This document shows, in pieces, positions 54,883 through 64,000 of a stretch of 64,000 nt of DNA. The notes beneath the pieces were generated by a model. It was not told the DNA's origin, ran no database searches, and was given only the letters and a program-made list of their open reading frames with translations. Within the stretch, counting starts at the first letter, position 1; the number at the start of each line of letters is the position of its first letter. The stretch is from NCBI GenBank assembly GCA_963720705.1, contig CAVRGJ010000003.1, positions 33,488 to 97,487 on the forward strand. The letters are read 5' to 3'. Origin of the DNA: an uncultured Alphaproteobacteria bacterium. Lineage in GTDB: Bacteria; Pseudomonadota; Alphaproteobacteria; Rhizobiales; Afifellaceae. Both the position numbers and the translations under genes were made by a program.

Positions 54883-55386
54883 ATGGGCATTTTCTCCAAG
54901 GATATCAAGACGTTCGACGACCTGTTCGTGCATCAGCTGCAGGACATCTACTACGCGGAGAAGCAGCTCGTGAAAGCGTTGCCCAAGATGGCGGAGAAAG
55001 CGACCAGCCCGCAGCTCAAGCAGGCATTCAAAAACCACCTCGAAGAGACCAAGGGCCACGTCGCCCGTGTCGAGCAGGTCTTCAGAATGCACGGCGCAGA
55101 CGCCAAGGCCGTGGACTGCCCGGCGATCGACGGGATCATCAAGGAGGCGAACGAGATTGCCGGCGACGTCGCCGACAAGGAGGTTCTCGACGCCGCCTTG
55201 ATCGCCGCGGCGCAGGCCGCCGAACACTACGAGATCACCCGCTACGGAACGCTCGTCGCATGGGCGAAGCAGATCGGCCGCGAGGACTGCGCCAACGTTC
55301 TGACGCAGACTCTCAACGAGGAATATGCGGCCGACGACAAGCTCACACAGCTTGCCGAGAGCTTCATCAACCGCAGGGCCGCGTAA
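54883..55386 (+). CDS. Ferritin-like DUF892 (YciE/YciF family) stress protein
   Basis: 167 aa. LFVHQLQDIYYAEKQLVKALPKM and AAQAAEHYEITRYGTL motifs. Confidence 0.8.
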   Translation: MGIFSKDIKTFDDLFVHQLQDIYYAEKQLVKALPKMAEKATSPQLKQAFKNHLEETKGHVARVEQVFRMHGADAKAVDCPAIDGIIKEANEIAGDVADKEVLDAALIAAAQAAEHYEITRYGTLVAWAKQIGREDCANVLTQTLNEEYAADDKLTQLAESFINRRAA

Positions 55387-55434
55387 GCACCACCGTTCTT
55401 GAGGGAGGCGCGCGGGTCCGCCCGCGCGCTTTCT

Positions 55435-56265
55435 TTATGCCTTCGCCAAGTGATCGAACGCCATGAGGCGATCGATAAGCGCTTCCATTTCCTTGAGCGG
55501 CACCATGTTGGGGCCGTCGGAGGGCGCGTTGTCCGGATCCTGATGCGTCTCGATGAAGACGGCCGCGACGCCGACCGCGACCGCTGCGCGCGCAAGCACC
55601 GGCACCATCGTCCGGTCGCCGCCCGTCGATGTCCCCTGCCCGCCGGGCTGCTGAACTGAGTGCGTCGCGTCGAAGACGATCGGCGCGCCGAGCGCAGCCA
55701 TGATCGGCAGCGCGCGCATGTCGGAGACGAGCGTATTGTAGCCGAAAGAGACGCCGCGCTCGGTCAGAAGCACGTTGGGATTTCCGCTCTCCACGATCTT
55801 GGCGAGGACCTGCCTCATGTCCCAGGGCGCGAGGAATTGACCCTTCTTCACGTTGACGACGCGTCCGGTCTTTGCAGCTGCGATGAGAAGGTCCGTCTGC
55901 CGGCAGAGAAACGCGGGGATCTGCAAGACATCCACTACCGTCGCGACTTCGGCGCACTGGGCCGGCTCGTGCACGTCGGTCAAGACCGGGAGACCGAGTT
56001 CGTCGCGAAGATCGGCGAAGACCGAAAGCGCCGATTCAAGACCCACGCCGCGTTTGCCAGATAGGCTGGTGCGGTTCGCCTTGTCGAAGCTGGTCTTGTA
56101 GACGAGCCCGATCCTATGGGCTTCGCAGATTTCTTTGAGCGCGCCCGCCATGTCGAACGCGTGGCCGCGGCTTTCCATCTGACACGGACCGGCGATCAGT
56201 GCGAGCGGCAGAGAATTTCCAAACCGGACGTCGCCGACCTGAACAACGGCGTTCGGCTCAGCCAT
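55435..56265 (-). CDS. kdsA: 3-deoxy-8-phosphooctulonate synthase
   Basis: 276 aa from the ATG at 56265 (MAEPNAVVQVGDVRFGN...LIAGPCQMES...KANRTS...DATHSVQ). The upstream ORF extension overlaps the preceding gene. Confidence 0.9.
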   Translation of the reverse strand: MAEPNAVVQVGDVRFGNSLPLALIAGPCQMESRGHAFDMAGALKEICEAHRIGLVYKTSFDKANRTSLSGKRGVGLESALSVFADLRDELGLPVLTDVHEPAQCAEVATVVDVLQIPAFLCRQTDLLIAAAKTGRVVNVKKGQFLAPWDMRQVLAKIVESGNPNVLLTERGVSFGYNTLVSDMRALPIMAALGAPIVFDATHSVQQPGGQGTSTGGDRTMVPVLARAAVAVGVAAVFIETHQDPDNAPSDGPNMVPLKEMEALIDRLMAFDHLAKA

Positions 56266-57133
56266 CTTCGGTTCTCCTGAAGGCGACGACCGCGTTGAGC
56301 CCCGGCGCCGGCGGCACGACCACTCTCCCCTCGCCCCGCTTTGCGGCGCGGCCTGCATACCTCGCGGCGCGCTCAAGGTCCAAGACCTTGAGTTCAAAGG
56401 CGGCGAAGCGCATGCCGCGCCGCGGGTTCGGCGGGTCGATCTCGTAACGCGCTCGGAAGCCGGCGGGTGTCAGGATGAAAAAAGTCTCGCCGTCGACCTC
56501 CGCCTCGATGCCGAACGAGGTGGTGCGGAGCTCGCGCTGCCCGGTGGCCCCTTCCAGGAGGATATGGAAGTCAGCCGGATTCTCCGCGACCGCCGACACA
56601 GCCGATACCCCAAGCGCTCCGTTCGGATGATCGACGAAGGCGGGTTGGAAAAGCACGCCCTTGGCGAGATGTTGGGAGGTAAAGAAACTCGCGTCGCCTG
56701 CAGCCGGAAACTCGACGCTCGCTAGCGCAAACCCGATCTCGCGCTCCGTGCCGTCCGGCAGTTTCGCGATCCGCGAGAATCGGTGCACGGGGCCGCCGCC
56801 AAGCCCAGCGCCTTCGAACGCCGCGTGATCGGCCTCCGCGTCATCGCTTTGAAGCGCGACCATAGCGAAGCCCTCGCCCTGCCTTTCGGTGAAGCGCTTC
56901 ATCCGCGTCACGAATGTGACGTGCTCGGCGGCCGCCATATCGGCCGCCATGCGGTCGACGATCGTGATCGGCTCCAGGAAAGTATGGTTCTGGAAGAAGA
57001 CGCAACAATTGCCTGTGCCGAACGGATGCTGGGCATCGGGCGCGACGACGAAACCGAGCCCGGTCAGCCGAGAGCGGGCGAGCGTGAGGGTGGTAACCGG
57101 CAGGACCAGATGGTCGATCAAGCGCATAGCCAT
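56258..57133 (-). CDS. VOC (glyoxalase-like) family protein, two-domain
   Basis: 291 aa. IDHLVLPVTTLTLARSRLTGLGFVVAP...FGTGNCCVFF is a glyoxalase-like domain pattern. 8-nt overlap with the kdsA start. Confidence 0.7.
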   Translation of the reverse strand: MAMRLIDHLVLPVTTLTLARSRLTGLGFVVAPDAQHPFGTGNCCVFFQNHTFLEPITIVDRMAADMAAAEHVTFVTRMKRFTERQGEGFAMVALQSDDAEADHAAFEGAGLGGGPVHRFSRIAKLPDGTEREIGFALASVEFPAAGDASFFTSQHLAKGVLFQPAFVDHPNGALGVSAVSAVAENPADFHILLEGATGQRELRTTSFGIEAEVDGETFFILTPAGFRARYEIDPPNPRRGMRFAAFELKVLDLERAARYAGRAAKRGEGRVVVPPAPGLNAVVAFRRTEDG

Positions 57134-57341
57134 CCGCTAGGCGATCGGAAGGGGCGTGACCAGCCCTGTCCCACGCCGCCGGCCTGTAAGGGCACGCGGG
57201 TCGAATTTCGCCGCCTCCTCAAGGACATAAGTATACAGACCGCGCTTTCGAGCCAACAAATTGGACAAATTCGACGGAATGTGGCATAAAGACGATCCAT
57301 ATACGTCACTTTCAGTCTTCTGCCGAAATCCGGGGAGTGCC

Positions 57342-58085
57342 ATGCGCAATTTCGCCGGCGCCTATATTCTGTTGGGCGTTTCAGGAACTGTTGCTCAGGC
57401 GGCGGAATCGCCTGAATTTCCTGAGGACACGGTACCTGTTGTTTATGAAAACGATTACCTCCTGAAGACTAAAGAAGCTGATTACTGGACCTTGGCGGAG
57501 TTTTACTCTCCGCAATCGACGAATTGCGGCTGCTCGGCGGCTTCCGCCGCGATGGCGCTGAACACCCTGCGCAACCGCGTCGCGCCCGACGCGCCTCCGA
57601 TGAGCGAGCGCGATCTCGTTGCGGCGGTGAACGACCCGGCCTGGATGGAGCGGACGGCGGAGGATGGTGGCGGCGTCACCATGGCCGACCTCGAACATTT
57701 CCTCCGCATCGGCCTTGACCGCTTGGATATCGGCGGCGCCGTTCGTGGGCTTGCGCCGGATCCCGAAGACCCCGCCACCATCGAAGCACTGCGCGAGGCA
57801 CTGGTGCTCAACGAGGCCTCGCCTGGAAGCGTCATGCTCGCCTACTACAATCAGGCTGTCGTGACCGGCGACCCGGATGGCGGTCTGCACGTCTCGCCGA
57901 TCGGCGCCTTTAACGCGGAGGACGATCGCGTGCTCCTGATGGACGTTGACCAGGAATTCTGGCTGCCCTACTGGACCTCCACTGAGACCCTTTTTGAGGC
58001 TCTCGTGACGCCCGACCCGCGTGAGGACGGCGCGCTCGCCAATGAAACCGGAGGCTGTCTCCTGATCTCCGCCGCGGCTGGATAG
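57342..58085 (+). CDS. Secreted phytochelatin-synthase-like (papain-fold, C-H-D) protein, copy 1
   Basis: Signal peptide MRNFAGAYILLGVSGTVAQA. YWTLAEFYSPQSTNCGCSAASAAMALNTL (catalytic Cys region) and LHVSPIGAFNAEDDRVLLMDVDQEFWLPYW (His/Asp region) parallel the PCS N-domain motifs. Confidence 0.7.
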   Translation: MRNFAGAYILLGVSGTVAQAAESPEFPEDTVPVVYENDYLLKTKEADYWTLAEFYSPQSTNCGCSAASAAMALNTLRNRVAPDAPPMSERDLVAAVNDPAWMERTAEDGGGVTMADLEHFLRIGLDRLDIGGAVRGLAPDPEDPATIEALREALVLNEASPGSVMLAYYNQAVVTGDPDGGLHVSPIGAFNAEDDRVLLMDVDQEFWLPYWTSTETLFEALVTPDPREDGALANETGGCLLISAAAG

Positions 58086-58181
58086 CAGCTGGCGCCGGTC
58101 CCTGCCCATCCTCTCTGGACGGACAATCCGCTTCTGAAGGATGATGCGCGCCAGCGCGGGTGCGCGCCGTGGAGCGGTTGG

Positions 58182-58922
58182 ATGAGCAGGATTCTGGCGC
58201 TGGTTTTCATTCTCGTTGTCTCGGCGGCGCATGCCGAGGAGGTGACGAAGCCGAAATTTGGGCCGGAAGCCGTGCCCATCCTGAAGGACTCGGCCTATCT
58301 GCGCGAAGCGCCGGCGCCCGACTATTGGACCTTCTCTGCCTTCTACGTCCCGCAGCAGACGTCGAGCGACTGCTCGGCGGCGGCCGTAACGATGGCCGTC
58401 AACGCGCTCCGCGGGCTCCCGCCGGACGCCGACGATGAGGTTGTCACCGAGGACTCGCTGCTTGAAGAGGTCGGCGATGCGAAGTGGAAAAACCAGGTCG
58501 TCGACGAGGGTCCAGGCGTCACCTTCGACGATCTTCGCCGGGTGCTCCGCGAAAGCCTCGATAGTGCCGACCTGAAGGACGCGACGATCGATGCGGTGCA
58601 GCCTGCCGCGGCGGATTCCGGATCGCTCGATGGCCTGCGAAAGGCACTCGCTGCCAATGAAGCGTCCGCCGACAACGTGATGCTCGTTTATTTCAACCAG
58701 GGCGTCATTACCGGCGACTGGGACGGGCCGCACATTTCGCCGATCGGCGCCTACGATGCGACCCGCGACCGCGTGCTCGTCATGGACGTCGACCGTGACT
58801 GGTATGTGCCCTACTGGACGTCGACAGCGACGCTGCTTTCCGCGCTGGTGAAACCCGCGCCGGCGGACCAAGGCGTCCTCGCCGGAGCAACGGGCGGCTA
58901 CATCCTCGCGGCGAAGAAGTAG
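58182..58922 (+). CDS. Secreted phytochelatin-synthase-like protein, copy 2 (tandem paralog)
   Basis: Signal peptide MSRILALVFILVVSAAHA. YWTFSAFYVPQQTSSDCSAAAVTMAVNAL and PHISPIGAYDATRDRVLVMDVDRDWYVPYW. Confidence 0.7.
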   Translation: MSRILALVFILVVSAAHAEEVTKPKFGPEAVPILKDSAYLREAPAPDYWTFSAFYVPQQTSSDCSAAAVTMAVNALRGLPPDADDEVVTEDSLLEEVGDAKWKNQVVDEGPGVTFDDLRRVLRESLDSADLKDATIDAVQPAAADSGSLDGLRKALAANEASADNVMLVYFNQGVITGDWDGPHISPIGAYDATRDRVLVMDVDRDWYVPYWTSTATLLSALVKPAPADQGVLAGATGGYILAAKK

Positions 58923-58936
58923 CGGCTGCGCCCGCG

Positions 58937-59533
58937 ATGCTCGATCACCTGAAGGCGAACAACCGCGCCTGGGCCGCGCGGAGGCTTGCCGGCGACGCCG
59001 ACTTCTTCAGACGGTTGGTCCGTCAGCAGGCGCCCGAATATCTTTGGATCGGCTGCTCCGACAGCCGCGTGCCCGCGAACGAGATCGTGGACCTCGATCC
59101 GGGCGAGCTTTTTGTGCATCGCAACGTTGCCAATCTCGCGCCGCCGCAGGACGCCAACTACCTTTCCGTCCTGCAATTCGCGGTCGATGTCTTGAAGGTG
59201 AAGCACATTCTGGTCGTCGGGCACTATGGCTGCGGCGGCGTGGCCGCTGCGGTCGACGGAAAACGGCGCGGCCTCGTCGATCATTGGCTGCATCCGATCC
59301 GCGAGGTGTTGCGTCAGCACCACGCCGAACTCGAGGCGATCGAGGACAGCCATGCCCGCCTCGACCGGCTGTGCGAGCTCAATGTCATGCGCCAGGTGGA
59401 GAACGTCGCCTCCGACGTATTCGTCACGGACGCCTGGGCGCGCGGACAGGCGCTCAGTGTCCACGGCTGGGTCTATTCGCTTTCCGACGGGCTCGTGAAG
59501 GATCTCGACGTGACGATGAGCGGGCCGGGATAG
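58937..59533 (+). CDS. can: Beta-class carbonic anhydrase
   Basis: 198 aa. LWIGCSDSRVP, FVHRNVANL, VVGHYGCGGV zinc-ligand motifs. Confidence 0.9.
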   Translation: MLDHLKANNRAWAARRLAGDADFFRRLVRQQAPEYLWIGCSDSRVPANEIVDLDPGELFVHRNVANLAPPQDANYLSVLQFAVDVLKVKHILVVGHYGCGGVAAAVDGKRRGLVDHWLHPIREVLRQHHAELEAIEDSHARLDRLCELNVMRQVENVASDVFVTDAWARGQALSVHGWVYSLSDGLVKDLDVTMSGPG

Positions 59534-59552
59534 TTGTAGGCTGCGTCCAGCC

Positions 59553-61220
<1,668 letters not shown>

Positions 61221-61270
61221 TCAAAAAGCGCGCGAAGGCGACCGATCCGATAACCGCCGCGGAAATCCCC

Positions 61271-64000
61271 CTAGGCCGGCACTTTCGGTCTGGCGGCGGC
61301 CGCGCTCGCCTCCCTCCCGCGCGCGACGACCCGCCGCGCCAGCCGGCGGGCGAACGCGGAGAGCTCCTCCATGTAGAGGTAAATCACCGGCGTGATGAAA
61401 AGCGTCAGCGCCTGCGAAACGATCAGCCCTCCGACCACCGCGACGCCGAGCGGTTGACGCAGCTCCGAGCCGGCGCCAAGGCCAAAGGCGATCGGCATCG
61501 CCCCGGTGATCGCCGCAAGCGTCGTCATCATGATCGGACGGAAGCGGATCAGGCAGGCTTCGCGAATCGCCTCGCGCGGGCTTGCCCCGGCGCGCTGTCT
61601 GACCAGAGCGAAGTCGATCATCATGATGGCATTCTTCTTGACGATGCCGATCAGCATCAGGATGCCGATGATAGCGACCACGCTGACGTCAAAGCCGAAG
61701 ATGCGAAGCGTCACGAGCGCTCCTGCCGCCGCCGCGGGCAGGCCGGTCAGGATCGTCAGCGGATGGATGAAGCTCTCGTAGAGAATCCCGAGCACGACAT
61801 AGATCGTCACGACGGCAGCGAGAAGCAGGAGCCCCTGGTTCGCCACCGCATCCTGGAAGACCTGCGCGGTGCCGGCGAAGCTCGTGGTGATCGTCGGCGG
61901 CAATGCCAACTCCCGCTTGATCGCGTCGATCCGGTCGGTCGCCTGGCCAAGCGCGACGCCCTGCGGAAGGTTGAAGGAGATCGTCACCGCCGGCAGCTGA
62001 CCGACCTGGTTGACGGAAAGAAGCGCGGCCACCCGTTCGACCCGGGCGAACGCCGCGATCGGGATCATCTTCCCTGTCTCGGAACGTATCTTGAGGTCCG
62101 CGAGCTTGTCGGCGGTCCATCCCGCGCTCGGGTCGAACTCGACGATCACTTCATAGCTGTCGCCGGTCTTGAAGATGGTCGATGCCTGGTTTGTCCCGAA
62201 CCCGTCATAGAGATAGTCGCGCAGCTGTTCGCCGGTGACGCCGAGCAGCCGCGCCTTGTCGGCGTCGACGACGAGTCGCGCCTGCGGAGCGTTGTCCTGA
62301 ACGTCCGTCGTCACGTCAGCGAAATGGCTGTCGCCAGTCATGGCGGTTTCAAACCGGCGCGCCCAATCCAAGAGCTCGCCGCGATCTATACCTTGCAGCA
62401 CGAATTGATATTGGCTGGCGGATGAGACGCCTCCGATCCTTAGATTCTGCACCGGCACCACGAAACTCGAGATGCCGGGCACCTGACCGAGCGACCTGCG
62501 CAGGTCACTCAGGATCGCGGCGAGCGGCGGACGTTTTGGCGTCAACTCGACGAACATGCGGCCGGTATTCGAAGTCGCGGAACCGAAGTTGCCGCCGACC
62601 ACCGACCCGACATGCGCCACGTACGGCTTGGCGCCGAGCACGGCCGCCACCTTTTCCTGGAGCGTTCTCATGTCAGCGAACGAGATGTCTTGGCGCGCCT
62701 GCGTCTGCACCGAGAGTTGGCCGATATCCTCCTCAGGCAGGAAGCCTTTCGGCGACGTTGCAAAGAGATAGACCGTAGCGGCGACCGTGCCGACAAAGAG
62801 CAGAAAAACGAGCGGGCGCGCGCGCAGGCAAAAATCGAGGGCCGCGCGGTAGCCGCGAAGCATTCGCCCCTCCGGCCGCCGACTTGTTTCGCCCTCGTCG
62901 CTCCTTCCCGCCGCCTCGCGGCGATGCCTGCCCGGCAAACGCGCGCAGAGCATCGGCGTCACCGTCAGCGACACCAGCGCAGAGGTGACGATCGCGATCG
63001 TCACGACGACCGCAAATTCGTTGAAGATACGGCCGATGACGCCACCCATCAGGAGGATCGGCAGGAAGACGGCGACGAGCGAAACCGTGATGGAGACGAT
63101 CGTGAAGCCGACTTCGCGGCTTCCGACCAAGGCCGCCTCGAAGGAGGGCATGCCCGCCTCGATGTGGCGGACGATGTTCTCCAGCATCACGATGGCGTCG
63201 TCGACGACAAGCCCGACCGCAAGCGTCAGCCCGAGGAGGGAGATGTTGTCGATCGAAAATCCGAGCGCGTACATCCCGGCGAACGTACCGAAGATCGACA
63301 GCGGAACGGCAAGCGTCGGAATGGCGGTCGCCGCGACGCGCCGCAAGAACAGGAAGATGACGAGCACGACCAGCCCGACGGTCAGTGCAAGCGTCAACTC
63401 CACGTCGTGCACGGCGAGCGTGATAGGCCCGGCGCGGTCGTTGAGGACGTTGATGCTTCCCGACGCGCCGAGATCGGCCGCGAACTTCGGAAGCATCGCC
63501 CTGACCTTGTCCACGACCTCGACAGTATTCGCGTCGGGCTGCCGGAACACCGCGAGAACGAGCGACGGCGCACCGTCGTATTGGCTCTCCGTCTGCGTAT
63601 TGGCGACAGAGTCGATGACGTGCGCGATGTCCTCGAGCCGCACCGGCTTCCCGTTCGGCGAGGCGATCACGATCTGGCGCATCTCGTCCGCGGTCGTCAT
63701 CTGCGTGTTCGTCTCGATCGCGAGATTCTGGTCGGTTCCCTCGACCGTTCCTGCCGGCGCGATCGAATTCGCCGAGCCGATTGCGGAGGTCACCTGGTCG
63801 ATCCCGATTCCAAGGCCGGCGAGCGCCGTTGGGTTGACCTCGGCCCGCACGGCGAACTTCTTTGCGCCGAAGACCTGTACCTCGCCGACGCCTTCGAGCG
63901 TCGACAAGGCCGGCGAGATCACCTGTTCTGCGAAATCGTCGAGCTCCGGCAACGCCATAGACCCGCTCTGGAGCGCGATCAGCAGGATCGGCGCGTCGGC
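61271..64000 (-). CDS. RND efflux transporter permease (AcrB/MdtB/MdtC-like), N-terminus beyond window edge
   Basis: The frame is open from 61271 to the window end (910 codons). Large periplasmic loops alternate with TM bundles (VDDAIVMLENI, LPAAAAGALVTLRIFG...). The M at 63958 in the ORF track is internal. Confidence 0.9.
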   Translation of the reverse strand, partial: ADAPILLIALQSGSMALPELDDFAEQVISPALSTLEGVGEVQVFGAKKFAVRAEVNPTALAGLGIGIDQVTSAIGSANSIAPAGTVEGTDQNLAIETNTQMTTADEMRQIVIASPNGKPVRLEDIAHVIDSVANTQTESQYDGAPSLVLAVFRQPDANTVEVVDKVRAMLPKFAADLGASGSINVLNDRAGPITLAVHDVELTLALTVGLVVLVIFLFLRRVAATAIPTLAVPLSIFGTFAGMYALGFSIDNISLLGLTLAVGLVVDDAIVMLENIVRHIEAGMPSFEAALVGSREVGFTIVSITVSLVAVFLPILLMGGVIGRIFNEFAVVVTIAIVTSALVSLTVTPMLCARLPGRHRREAAGRSDEGETSRRPEGRMLRGYRAALDFCLRARPLVFLLFVGTVAATVYLFATSPKGFLPEEDIGQLSVQTQARQDISFADMRTLQEKVAAVLGAKPYVAHVGSVVGGNFGSATSNTGRMFVELTPKRPPLAAILSDLRRSLGQVPGISSFVVPVQNLRIGGVSSASQYQFVLQGIDRGELLDWARRFETAMTGDSHFADVTTDVQDNAPQARLVVDADKARLLGVTGEQLRDYLYDGFGTNQASTIFKTGDSYEVIVEFDPSAGWTADKLADLKIRSETGKMIPIAAFARVERVAALLSVNQVGQLPAVTISFNLPQGVALGQATDRIDAIKRELALPPTITTSFAGTAQVFQDAVANQGLLLLAAVVTIYVVLGILYESFIHPLTILTGLPAAAAGALVTLRIFGFDVSVVAIIGILMLIGIVKKNAIMMIDFALVRQRAGASPREAIREACLIRFRPIMMTTLAAITGAMPIAFGLGAGSELRQPLGVAVVGGLIVSQALTLFITPVIYLYMEELSAFARRLARRVVARGREASAAAARPKVPA

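Overview
GC-rich, gene-dense chromosomal segment that looks alphaproteobacterial, probably Hyphomicrobiales/Rhizobiales. That assignment rests on gene content, synteny and REP-like repeats; no search was run. Most of the window is conserved housekeeping: tatCBA, scpAB-nagZ-SPOR-argS, dgt-like, erpA, xthA, ilvD, an MscS channel, valS, a PopZ-like protein, tolC, pcm, eno, kdsA, a beta-carbonic anhydrase, pyrG and a partial RND pump. There are two tRNAs (Cys, Asn). An aerobic-type cobalamin cluster (cobD / cobQ-cobO / cobN-cobW-cobU-cbtA-cbtB) sits behind a cobalamin riboswitch. There is also a CUT1-type sugar ABC transporter and a copper P-type ATPase. The segment that looks accessory starts right after tRNA-Asn (about 33.5-43.4 kb). 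It encodes a TPR + beta-barrel outer-membrane protein resembling Slam/DUF560 translocators, translationally coupled to a short secreted FecR-domain protein. Next comes a roughly 5.8 kb reading frame for a giant secreted protein, followed by a TadG-like/vWA protein. The giant protein has an N-terminal FecR domain and three repeated modules, each ending in a TbpB/fHbp/hemophilin-like small barrel signature. I consider this cluster the most interesting candidate system. The giant gene is broken by at least 6 single-base frame disruptions. cobN, cobW and an orphan ABC ATPase each carry one more, so either real gene decay or indel-type sequence error must be resolved first. No CRISPR array, transposase, integrase or prophage genes were recognised.
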